From positions 11,408,001 to 11,472,000 of the forward strand of contig NC_043006.1 of NCBI RefSeq assembly GCF_006345805.1: a DNA stretch of 64,000 bases, read 5' to 3'. The notes beneath the pieces were generated by a model. That model was not told the origin of the DNA. It made no database searches and saw nothing but the letters and a program-made list of their open reading frames with translations. Below are positions 50,757 through 62,504 of this stretch, one piece after another. Numbering within the stretch: the first letter of the stretch is position 1; each line of letters starts with the position of its first letter. The position numbers and the translations under genes were made by a program. The stretch is from Octopus sinensis (Eukaryota).

Positions 50757-52440
50757 TGAGGACCAAAACCTTGGAGTGTTTCATGTTGCAAGACAGTGTG
50801 TGAGAGAGAATCATGATGTGGTAGGAGAGAAATGTGTCCGAATGGATGATGGCTCACTTGCATTTTGATGAGGCTGCAAGGAGAGAGACTTGGAGTCATC
50901 ACTATGAAAGGTTGCTAAATGAAAAGAATGAATGGGAGAAAGAGTCTGCCGAATGTCAACCCAACAGAGGGACCAGCTATCTGAATCGACAGTACCTTGG
51001 TAGATAAAGCAATTAAGAGTATGAAGACAGGGAAAGTCTCTGGCCCATCAGGAATTACCGCAGAGATGCTTAAGATATCTGGCGGTGTCGGCTATAGTCT
51101 AGTCACCCATATAGTCAATCAGGTGATACATGAAGGAGCCATACCCAATGACTGGTGTAGCAACACCATAGTCAACTGCTACAAAGGTAAAGGTGATGCA
51201 TTAGATACGAATAATTACAGAGCTATCAAGTTATTGGATTAGGTAATGAAAGTCACAGAGAGGGTCAATTTAGACGAGATTCGGTTTGGGTTTGTGCCAG
51301 GGAAAAGCACCACTGATACTATATTTCTGGTAAGACAGCTGCAGGAGAAATATCTAGCCAAAGATAAACCTGGCTTTCGTTGACATGGAGAAAGTTTTTG
51401 ATAGCGTCCCTCGATCCCTTATCTGGTGGTCAGTGCGGAAACTAGCGATAGATGAATGGTTAGTGAGAGCTGTACAAGCCATGTACAGGGATGCTGTCAG
51501 TAAGGTGAGGGTTGTCAACGAGTACGGTGAAGAATTCCAGGTAGGGATCCACCAAGGATCAATCCTCAGCCCCCTCTTATCATCATAGTCCTCCAGGCAA
51601 GAACAGAAGAATTCAAGACAGGATGCCCCTGGGAGCTTCTCTATGCTGATGACCTTGGTCTAGTAGCTGAGTCACTATCAAAACTAGAGAAGTTTGGTCT
51701 AGAATCGAAGGCCCTAGAGTCAATCTAGCAAAAACCAAAGTCTTAAGTAGGAAGGCAGACAAATCACAAATCCCTTCAGGTTGATAGCCCTGCTTGATAT
51801 GTAGGAAAGGTGTAAGTAAAAACTCCATGAGATGTACCTGGTGTAAGCTATGGACACATAAAAAGTGCAGCAATATAAAAGGAAGGCTAACTAAGAAGAT
51901 AGGTTTTGTGTGTGGCAAATGCTCAGGGGCGATAAACACTGAACATATGCAGAAAACAGCTTCCATCGCATTCCAGGGGGAAAAACTACAAGTAGTTGAT
52001 AACTTCCGTTACATAGGTGACCAAGTCAGTAGCTGGGGTGGATGTTCTGAAAGTGTAACTGCTAGAATAAGAATAGCCTGGGCAAAGTTCACAGAGCTCC
52101 TACCTCTGCTGGTGACAAAGGGCCTCTCGCTCAGAGTAAAAGGTAGACTGTATGATGCATGTGTACGAACAGCCATGCTACATGGCAGTGAAACATGGGC
52201 TGTGACTGCTGAGGACATGCGTAAGCTCGCAAGGAATGAAGCCAGTATGATCCAATGGATGTGTAATGTCAGTGTGCATACACGACAGAGTGTAAGCGCC
52301 CTGAGAGAAAAGTTGGACATAAGAAGCATCAGATGTGGTGTGCAAGAGAGACAACTGCACTGGTATGGTCATGTATTGCATATGGATGAGGAGAGCTGTG
52401 TGAAAAAGTTTCACATCCTAGCAGTAGCGGGAACCTACTC
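50757..52440 (+). mobile_element. Decayed RTE LINE ORF2 fragment (RT with an embedded PHD finger)
   Basis: GPSGITAEMLK, YKGKGD, GF.PGKSTTD, YADD (51642-51653), YIGD, GSETW; several stops and frameshifts. Confidence 0.92.
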
Positions 52441-53174
52441 TGTAAGAATGCGTGTGAGAGGAGTGTGATCAAGTGGAGGTATGAAGGCTATGAAGCCCAT
52501 TCCTACCTTCATACACACCTGTGTCGGCCTCCATGCACTGATGCTTGCATAGGCACACTTACTCATATACAGTAAATAAAGAAAACGAGAGAGAGAGAGA
52601 GCAAGAAACAACTCCAGTGACAATGCCCAATATATATGTATTTTCTATCATGTAGTCAGCAGGGAAGAGCAGAGCCCATGGCCATTTTCAGGATCTCCGA
52701 GCTTGGTTAAGAAACTTCCACTGAATGTTTGCAACAGACAGTACTTCACTAATGGCACTCGAGGTCCACATGGTGGTGTTAAACAGGTTGACGAGTTAAA
52801 TCTACCACATAAATATAAGCCACAGCAAGATTTGATCTGTGACTTTCAGCAATAAAGAGTTTGCAGAAATGTGTTTTTGAGTGTTTTCTTTCTTGTATTT
52901 GAAAAGGTGAATCTTTTCCGAAATATAGGTTTCAAATTTTGGTACAAGTCAAAAGGGATGAAAAGCAAAGTCTACTTCGGTGGAATTTGAATCCAGTATG
53001 TAGAGACAAATGAAATACTGCTAAGCATTTTGCCCGGTGTGCTAACGATTCTGTCTGCTCGCCACCTTAATCTTTTCTGAAATATCTGTGTAATGTAATG
53101 CAATATCTTTACTCTGTTTTCATTTATTGACACCACATGTATTCTGCCTAACTTCTCTCCAACATTGTTCTATG

Positions 53175-53419
53175 TTTAAGAAATGAGAATTATTTACATT
53201 TGACGGATATTTGTCCTCAACTTGTTTGTTGTTAACACAACGTATCGGCTGATATACTCTCCAGCCTTCATCAGGTGTCTTGGGGAAATTTCGAACTTGG
53301 GTTCTCATTCCTTCGATGTTATTATTATTATTATTGTTGTTGTTGTTACTGTTCAGGTCACTGCTTGGAATCGAACTCGGAATCTTAGGGTTAGTAGCCC
53401 GCGCTCTTAACCACTACGC
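53175..53419 (-). mobile_element. tRNA-headed SINE-like element carrying a hammerhead
   Basis: tRNA-like head with A box (AGTGGTTAAGAG) and B box (GAGTTCGATTC), then an (AAC/AAT)n linker, then a conserved body with the hammerhead. A headless copy lies at about 15960-16140 (-). Confidence 0.65.
53234..53279 (-). ncRNA. Hammerhead ribozyme, copy 2 (core mutated GAAA>GATA)
   Basis: GACAC-CTGATGA-A-GGCTG(GAGAGTATAT)CAGCC-GATA-CG-TT^-GTGTT. Confidence 0.55.
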
Positions 53420-53730
53420 GCACGGGCATATGGCGTAGTGGTTAAGAGCGCGGGCTACTAACCCCAAGATTCCGAGTTCGATTCTCTCCAACATTGTTCA
53501 GCTTTTTTTTTCTTTCAAACATAATAAATAAACCAAAGCAAGGAACAAAATAATTCAAAATAACAATAAAGAAACATATTTCTTTAAATCTAAGTATTTT
53601 TAATAATTCTTGTAATTGCTATACATGATGAAGTTTGTTCCACTTTGTCTCCAGTTCATAAAGAGTTGGCTTTAGAAAATCAGATCAGTAGTTAGGAATT
53701 TGTGTTCTTCTGCAAAATCTTTCCGTTTAT

Positions 53731-53876
53731 TCATTCAGACAAGGGTGTCACGCTCGACATGCATTTCAAACCGCACATTCTGTAGTCACTCTTGCAATCA
53801 TCGAAGGACCGTTTGGAATCTTTTGATTCCTTTGCACAACTAACCAATTCTGAGACACACAGTCGGATATAGCAAT
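53731..53876 (-). CDS. Candidate terminal exon of a small Cys-rich protein
   Basis: Strong acceptor (ttttgtcttttttctcttttacttccag; AG at 53878-53877). The phase-1 frame reads CYIRLCVSELVSCAKESKDSKRSFDDCKSDYRMCGLKCMSSVTPLSE*. ATTAAA lies about 130 nt downstream. Confidence 0.6.
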
Positions 53877-56210
53877 CTGGAAGTAAAAGAGAAAAAAGAC
53901 AAAAACAAAAACATTATACCACCGAAAATAAATCAGTCTTGTTAATCAAAGTTTATACAACATTTTCTTAAGAATACACGAGAAACTCGCTTCGCGACCA
54001 CGTGATTTCAGGTTCAGTCCCACTGCACGGTACCTTGGGAAAGTATCTTCTACTGTATGTATGTATGTATTATAGCGAGCTTCCACTCCATTTCCGTCTA
54101 TCAAATTTGTAATCTTCAGCCCCATTGATCTAAGGTGCTAATTAGGCCCTTCCTAAGCCTACCGAGGATATGTCTGTGAGCTCCTCTAGAGATGGCCTGA
54201 GCGTCATCTCTGTAGCGACTAAAGCGAACTGATGGGAAACTCTTCTTTAAAGTGTCTAAAATATATAGCCCTATAAGGTCGTATATGTGGAGGTGCGTGG
54301 CTTAGTGGTTAGGGTGGCAGCACCATGAATGTAAGATTGTGGTTTCGATTCCTGGACCGGGCGATGCGTTGTGTTCTTGAGCAAAACTCTTCATTTCACG
54401 TTGCTCCAGTCCACTCAACTGGCAAAAATGAGTAACGCTGCGATGGACTGGCGACCCGTCCAGCTGGGGAACACATACGCCATGGAAACCGGGAAACCAG
54501 GCTTTAAAAAGGGCGCATTTATTTATTTTATTATAAGGTCGTATATGTCCTATATATTTTAGACACGCGCACACACATGCATACGATAGATGTGTAAGAG
54601 TGATTGTGTGTATGTGTGTGCGCGCGGCACGCATGTGTAGCTAAGTGGTTAGGGTATTCGGCTCGTGATTTATGGTTGTGGGTTCGATACTTGGCGGTGC
54701 ATTGTCTCCTTGAGGAAGAAGCCTTATTTTGCGTTGCTCCAGTCCACAAAACTGGCAAAAAAAAAAAGTAGTACGTCTATTTCAGAGGGCCAGCCTCGTC
54801 ACATTTTATGTAACGCTGTTTGGGAACTACGTAAAGAGTATGCGTGTCTGTGGAGTGCTCAGCCACTTGCACGTTAATTCCAAGAGCAGGCTGTTCTGTT
54901 GATCGGATTACCTGGAACGCTCGTCATCATAATCAACAGAGTGCTAGACCACGTCCTTGTGCATCAAGATTCACCGTTCTAAAAAAGGATATTTTTACAC
55001 TCCCTCGATGTTTTAACATTTCTATGATATTAAAACGTTTTTTTATTTTTTTATTATGAAATGGACGCATTTTATAAGTATTTATATTTTTGCCAGCGTA
55101 ATTATTCGTGGTAATATATGTAAAATAAGAGGACAGCGAGCTGGCAGAATCGTTAGCACGCCGGGCGCAATGCGTAGCCGTTATGTTCTGAGTTCAAATT
55201 CCGCCGAGGTCGACTTTGCCTTTCATCCTTTCGGGGTCGATTAAATAAATACCAGTTACGCACTGGGTCGATATAATCGACTTAATCCGCTTGTCTGTCC
55301 TTGTTTGTCCTCTCTGTGTTTAGCCCCTTGTGGGTAGTAAAGAAATAGGTACTTCGTCTGTCTTTATGTTCTGATTTCAAATTCCCCCGAGGTCAACTTT
55401 GCCTTTCATTCTTTCAGGGTTGATTAAATAAGTACCAGTTAAGCACTGGGACCGACTTAATCCCTTTGTCTGTCCTTGTTTGTCCTCTCTGTGTTTAGCC
55501 CCTTGTTGGGTAGTAAAGAAATAGGTATTTCGTCTGCCGCTACGTTCTGAGTTCAAATTCCGCCGAGGTCGACTTTGCCTTCATCCTTTTGGAGTCGATT
55601 AAATAAGTACCAGTTACGCACTGGGATCGATGTAATCGACTTAATCCCTTTGTCTGTCCTTGTTTGTTCTGTATGTTCAGCCCCCTGTGGGCAATAAAGA
55701 AATAAATATATGTAAAATGAGTTATATGCTTGAAAATAGCATTTTAAATATGATACTTTGAACTAGAATGCTTAAAGTAGAACATTTTACCTCGCTTAAA
55801 TACGCTACTTTGAATTAACTATGATCAAGGCGAAATTAAACTTATAAAATGTTTCTAAAGGAACAAAAATTCCTTTGAAAATTATTCCCATTCATTATTC
55901 TGCAAAAAATACGGATATTGAATTTGTGTCTTTGAAATATATTAATTCTGCTTATTGTAAAAAATAAAAATGCTATCTTCACTACGCTTCAACATTAAGT
56001 GTCTGCCAATTCATGTATCTCTTTTATGTCATTATATTTCTGATGGATAGACTGCCGGCGATTTCCGATATCTCAATTTGATATCAGTGATTAAAAGCAA
56101 ATAATCTAATTTGCAATATAACTTAAAAGGCATGGAAAAACAATTAACGTGAACACAATTTTCTTTTCTTCGTTTTTGGTTGTTTCAAATGGAGAGGTAT
56201 TGTTACTTAC

Positions 56211-56261
56211 TAAAAAAGAATTTCGTCTGGTCACAGCGCAAATCTTCCAGTGATGAACGAT
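56211..56261 (-). CDS. Candidate 51-nt internal exon of the same small protein
   Basis: Acceptor ttatttccttctag and perfect donor GTAAGT (56210-56205). The phase-1 frame RSSLEDLRCDQTKFFF(N) is open and joins the Cys-rich exon. Confidence 0.55.
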
Positions 56262-56346
56262 CTAGAAGGAAATAAATGTAACGATATAGTTATTACAGAT
56301 GTAAAATTAGTTAATATGGAGGAAAGTTTATTTCTGGCAATCATAC

Positions 56347-56411
56347 AAGATGAAATGACATAAGATTATTATAAAAAGGATGGAGCCTTTGAGCTGCTCA
56401 TTTGCACGCAT
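56347..56411 (-). CDS. Possible signal-peptide exon (one base out of frame with the Cys-rich frame)
   Basis: MRANEQLKGSILFIIILCHFI then TT|GTATGA, followed by an 85-nt intron with a CTAAT branch motif. It is phase 2, so it needs a 1-nt correction near 56245 to reach the Cys frame. Confidence 0.3.
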
Positions 56412-58254
56412 ACACACACATGTATGTATATATGTATATAAATATATATATATATACATATACATATATGGCGGTGCCCCAGCATGGCCACAGCTCATTA
56501 GCTGAAACTGGAAAAATCAAAATCAAAAAATCATATATATAAATATATACACACAAATATACATACATATGTATGTACTTATAATGTCTGTGTACATACA
56601 TCTATGTATATATATATGTATGTATATATTATATATATTATATATAATATATATATATATATACTAACACTATGACCCGGCTTTGCCGGGTCATAGTGTT
56701 AGTGCATGCATATACATCTGCATGCGTGCGCACATACACGCGAGTACTGTCCAAATCTCCGACCAATCACATACACCTAGCTGGCATTCAATTGGCGTAT
56801 CAAGTTTTGGACATTTTGATTGGGTTTTGGATAGAAACTTCACAAAAAGGTCACTTCTATTGATTTTTTAATGGCTTTGCAGGGTGACTGGGGAAATGTA
56901 AAGATGTGCACGACCACCCTTGGACGGTTTTGAATGACCATAGAAAGTGCAAGCCCTCTAACTGAAAAATTGTGGATTTGTATAAAGGACACGCACACAG
57001 ACATTTTTGCTGTTTATATATATATATACTAGCAGTATCGCCCGGCGTTGCTCGGGTTTGTAAGGGAAATAACTATATAAGCATTTTTAGAGAGTTATAG
57101 CCAAAAAATAGCAAAAAAATGCATTAAAAATTGAAAAAAAGTTAAGGTAAATTTTTTTTTTAATCGTTGACACATCGTAGATATTTTTAGAGAGTTACTT
57201 CCCTTATATAAAAGCGAAAAAATGCATTAAAATGGAAAAATATGATGGTAAATTTTTTTTAAATCGTAGACTCATCGTAGACGCACGCTAATACCCAGAA
57301 GGGCTCGATATGAATCACGACTATAAGATACCGCTTTTGGTTAAACTGCACCGCAAAATGTGGGAGTAGTTAGGAATCTAAATCGTAGGAGACAGACACC
57401 ACACAACTTCACTCTTATATAAAGATGCTTTTTTTTTTCAGTCATAGAGTTAGATTTATGAAGGTCTTCAGTAGAAAATCCTTCGAATTCTGACTCGCTG
57501 CTTGATATAATGAAATTCGTATCCATTTTTTGTCAGAATTACAAATTTTGAAAACACAATAGGAACAAATTTCGAAAAAAAATCTCCATAATTCACGGAA
57601 TTAAAATTACACTTCGATTTTTGTACAAAACTGTAGTTGAAGTGTTTACGAAGTATAATACGTGTTTTCACGAATGTACTAAAGAGATTTGCTCTGATAT
57701 TCTCATTTAAATATGAATAGGTAAATTCGGGCGGCTTGGTAACTATATATAAGTGTCGTCTGTTTATACATAAACACTGTTTCATACTGCAATTATATAT
57801 ACATATATCTCTTATTATAAAAGGCAGATTTTATTTTATTTATTATAAAAGGCAGATTTTATCTGCCTCCCTTTGGGAGTTATACAAATCTACAATATAG
57901 GATTTCTTCAATTACAATTTACCTAGCATTTTTGAGAGTACAATGCATCGCGTCATGCCAGGTCCAGTTTTTAAAATTTAAACTCCAATTAAGCAAAATT
58001 TACAGAAAACTCACATTCTGGTGTGTGTGTCAAATGCTTTTCTTAGTCTGGTTTACACCACACGCAAACGCACACACACAGTGGGCAACGAATAAAATGA
58101 AAGTAAATAGCGACAGAGTGATTTGAGGAAGACTAAAGTGAAAGTATTCTGTCTATGACGATGATAGATACATGAGTAAAATGTATGGGAAGCTAAGAGC
58201 TAAGAGTGAGTGAAAATGTTCTTGGAAGAGAGTAATTAGTAATAAAGTAAACAT

Positions 58255-58286
58255 ACACTCATACATACATACATACATACATACAT

Positions 58287-58323
<37 letters not shown>

Positions 58324-58348
58324 TACATACACACACACATACATACAC

Positions 58349-58379
<31 letters not shown>

Positions 58380-58440
58380 CATACATACATACATACATAT
58401 ACATACATACATACACACACACACATACACACACACACAG
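58255..58440. repeat. (CATA)n/(CA)n microsatellite
   Basis: Directly visible. Confidence 0.95.
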
Positions 58441-58609
58441 TATTGAAGCTTGAGAACAATCAGATACATTTGCAACACATCTGTTGAAAATATTATTGTT
58501 CACACACATACATATACATATATACATACAGACAGATAGACACACACACACACACAACACACACATGATCCAGCATGGCCACAACCTCAAGGCTGAAACA
58601 TATAAAAGA

Positions 58610-58975
58610 ATAACAGAATAAAATGTGTGCAAAGTACAAGAAATATTTATGCAGTATATGGGGATTGGACAATAAGCGTAAGGCAGTGTCAATGGTGGTT
58701 CCAGAAATCCCGAGCCATAAACTACAGCCTAGAAGACGAGCCTCATCCTGAAAGATCTGTAGAACTCGACAAGGACATCCTGAAAACCCTGGTGGAACAA
58801 AATATCATCGTAACTGTTGAGGAACTAGCAGAGAAGCTTGGATTTGGTCATTCAACCATTCATTGACACCTGTGTGCTATCGGAAAGTCAGCAAATTGGG
58901 TCAATGGGTTCCTCACGAACTTTCCGAGTCTAATTGCATGCAGAGAGTGAATGTATGCTTTTCTTCTTTGCTGTC
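58610..58975 (+). pseudogene. Decayed mariner transposase N-terminus
   Basis: NIYAVYGD.TISVRQCQWWFQK..SLEDEP..ELAEKLG..STIH*HL..IGK then WVPHEL. Confidence 0.85.
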
Positions 58976-59637
58976 ATATCTCACCACTACTGCGCTATGT
59001 ATATCTATATATATAAAACTGTAGTTGTGTGAGTGTCTGTCCCCTTCGATTTAGATTCCTAACTACTCCCACATTTTGCGGTACAGTTTAACCAAATTCG
59101 GGTAGCTTATAGTCGTGATTCATGTCGAGCCCGTCTGAATATTAGCGCGCGTCTACGATGAGTCTACGATTTTAAAAATAATTTAACATCATTTTTTATT
59201 CCATTTTAATGCATAATTTTTCGTGTGTCGATGGCGGCGGAGTTGGCGTCCACGCTCACACCTGCACCTGTGGGGAAGGGAGTGTAAGGAAATCAACGTC
59301 GTAATGCGTTGTCAAGGAGACCAGTGTTCTTTTAGAACAACGACTTCATGGCTTGAAGACACCAAACAGAAATGGCTAAGAAAGCGTCTACATGAGTCTA
59401 TGATTTAAAAAAAAATTACCATCGTTTTTTTTCCATTTTAATGCATTTTTTCGCTATTATATAAGGGAAGTAACTCTCTAAAAATGTCTACGATGAGTCA
59501 ACGATTTAAAAAAAATTTACCATCATATTTTTCCATTTTTAATGCATTTTTTGCTATTTTTTGGCTATAACTCTCTAAATATGCTTATATAGTTATTTCC
59601 CTTACAAACCCGAGCGATACTGCTAGTCTATATATAA

Positions 59638-60281
59638 TCTCTTATTATAAAAGGCAGATTTTATCTGCCTCCCTTTGGGAGTTATGCAAATCTACAATAT
59701 AGGATTTCTTCAATTACAATTTACCTAGCATTTTTAAGAGTACAATGCATCGCGTCATGCCAGGTCCAGTTTTTAAAATTTAAACTCCAATTAAGCAAAA
59801 TTTACAGAAAACTCACATTCTGGTGTGTGTGTCAAATGCTTTTCTTAGTCTGGTTTACAGCACACGCAAACGCACACACACAGTGTGCAATGAATAAACT
59901 GAAACTAATTCACTGTGTGTTGACAGGTAGAAAATAGAATGCGATGGCGATGGCTATGGCGATGGCGATGGCTATGGCGATGTAATATTTGTTTCTCTCT
60001 ATGACGCTCATAAAAGCATTGATGTACATGTGTGCGTGCGTGAGTGTGTGTGTGTGTCATTCCTCACACACACGCATCACATACATATATGAGAGTGGCA
60101 AACACAAACGTTTCAAACAACTACATACAAACACGTGTGTGTTTGTTATTAGTAAAAAAAGGCGCCAAAACACAACTCACTTATCATTCCAACACATTTG
60201 CAAAGACACACGGACGGTCGAATAACAATACAGAAAAGGTAAATTGGTTTTTATTTTACTCTGTATATTTTATTATATAAT
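59638..60281 (+). mobile_element. Helitron/Helentron-like family H3
   Basis: Begins A|TCTCTTATTATAAAA with a subterminal hairpin GGCAGAT-TTT-ATCTGCC. Copies at 57808-58160(+) and 61720-62494(-). No CTAG at the far end, so orientation is uncertain. Confidence 0.55.
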
Positions 60282-60386
60282 ATTATATATAGATATATGT
60301 ATATATAATTGCAGTATGAAACAGTGTTTATTATAAAACAGACGACACTTATATATAGTTATTAATAAATGTATGCATCCGTTTAA

Positions 60387-61210
60387 CCCTTTCGTTACCA
60401 AACCGCCCGAAAAAAATTTTGGTTAATGTGACCAAGCCGCCCGAATTTACCTATTCATATTTAAATGAGAATATCAGAGTAAATCTCTTTAGAACATTCG
60501 TGAAAACACGTATTATACTTCGTAAACACTTCAACTACAGTTTTGTACAAAAATCGAAGTGTAATTTTAATTCCGTGAATTATGGGAGATTTTTTCCCGA
60601 AATTTGTTCCTATTGTGTTTTCAAAATTTGTAATTCTGACAAAAAATGGATACGAATTTCATTATATCAAGCAGCGAGTCAGAATTCGAAGGATTTTCTA
60701 CTGAAGACCTTCATAAATCTAACTCTATGACTGAAAAAAAAAAAGCATGTGGTATTTGATCTCAACCTAAACAAAGCGAAAGAAACGATAGTTTGTTATT
60801 TCCCACAACCTTAAATGAAATTAAGGCCTATTTTGCCATAAATATTATTATGGGTATTAGAAAGTTACCCAGAATAACAAATTCTATCGTAAAATTTTGT
60901 TGTATACCCAATTGAATATTAGCTAATAACCCATTTTCTATAGCGATGTTTGAACAAAATTTTAATAATTTTATATATTGTTGAATTTACCTGTATCTAC
61001 CTGCAATTAGAGTCACTTTGTGACAAAAATTATAGTATAGAATTGGTTGAGAACATTTCACTAAATTATCTTCCAAAAATCAGATTAATATATTCATAAA
61101 TAAAAAAGTTATAGTTGTTTAATGAAACCAGACTAAATTTATGATTACGTTAGAACTTAATTGAAACACATAAGGGGTGTATTTTGGTCAGAAATATAGT
61201 AACGAAAGGG
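60387..61210 (+). mobile_element. piggyBac-type internal-deletion derivative with TTAA TSDs
   Basis: TTAA|CCCTTTCGTTAC..GTAACGAAAGGG|TTAA. It retains an acidic N-terminal start MDTNFIISSSESEFEGFSTEDL. Confidence 0.8.
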
Positions 61211-61322
61211 TTAAGAAAAACCAAAAAATATTTTATTCTTTGTAAATGTTGTGTTCAAAATAACATTTTCTTTTAAGAATGTGTATATAACAAAGTATGT
61301 GTATATAACTACGTGGCTTATA

Positions 61323-61718
61323 TCTTTATATATAAGAGTGAAGTTGTGTGGCTGTCTCCTACGATTTAGATTCGTAACTACTCCCACATTTTGCGGTGCA
61401 GTTAACCAAAAGCGGGTATCTTATAGTCGTGATTCATATCGAGCCCTTCTGGTATTAGCGCGCGTCTACGATGAGTCTACAATTTAAAAAAAATTTACTA
61501 TCATATTTTTCCATTTTAATGCATATTTTTCGTTATTATATAAGGGAAGTAACTCTCTAAAAATATCTACGATGTGTCAACGATTTAAAAAAAAAATTAC
61601 CTTAATTTTTTTTCAATTTTTAATGCATTTTTTTCCTATTTTTTGGCTATAACTCTCTAAAAATGCTTATATAGTTATTTCCCTTACAAACCCGAGCAAC
61701 GCCGGGCGATACTGCTAG
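61323..61718 (+). mobile_element. Non-autonomous Helitron family H2
   Basis: A|TC..CCCGAGCAACGCCGGGCGATACTGCTAG|T (hairpin plus CTAG). Copies at 5339-5738(-), 57029-57425(-), 59004-59626(+). Confidence 0.8.
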
Positions 61719-62504
61719 TATTATATAATAAAATATATACAGAGTAAAATAAAAACCAATTTACCTTTTCTGTCCGTCCGTGTGTCTTTGCAAATGTGTT
61801 GGAATGATAAGTGAGTTGAGTTTTGGCGCCTTTTTTACTAATAACAAACACACACGTGTTTGTATGTAGTTGTATGTGTATGTAGTTGTATGTAGTTGTA
61901 TATGTATGTGTATGCGTGTGTGTGAGGAATAAGACACACACACTCACGCACGCACACATGTACATCAATGCTTTCGGAGTGATATGTTAAAATATTGAGT
62001 TTTCTCGAATTTTGTCTTAATTGGTGGTAAAATTGAAAGAAATTTTTTATGGCATCACCCACTGAAGTACTCTGAAAAATCTTAGGTAAATTCTAATTGA
62101 AGAATTTGTGTGAGGAGTAAATGGTTATGTATTTATTTGTTTCTGTTTGCTGTGTTTTTTTATTTTTTGAGTAGTGGTTTAAATACTTTCAGTTTAGTCT
62201 TCCTCAAATCACTCTGTCGCTATTTACTTTCATTTTATTCGTTGCCCACTGTGTGTGTGCGTTTGCGTGTGGTGTAAACCAGACTAAGAAAAGCATTTGA
62301 CACACACACCAGAATGTGAGTTTTCTGTAAATTTTGCTTAATTGGAGTTTAAATTTTAAAAACTGGACCTGGCATGACGCGATGCATTGTACTCTTAAAA
62401 ATGCTAGGTAAATTGTAATTGAAGAAATCCTATATTGTAGATTTGTATAACTCCCAAAGGGAGGCAGATAAAATCTGCCTTTTATAATAAGAGATATATA
62501 TATA

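Noticed and set aside
53433-53484. tRNA gene
   Set aside because: No acceptor stem or complete cloverleaf; this and all other A/B-box hits are SINE heads.
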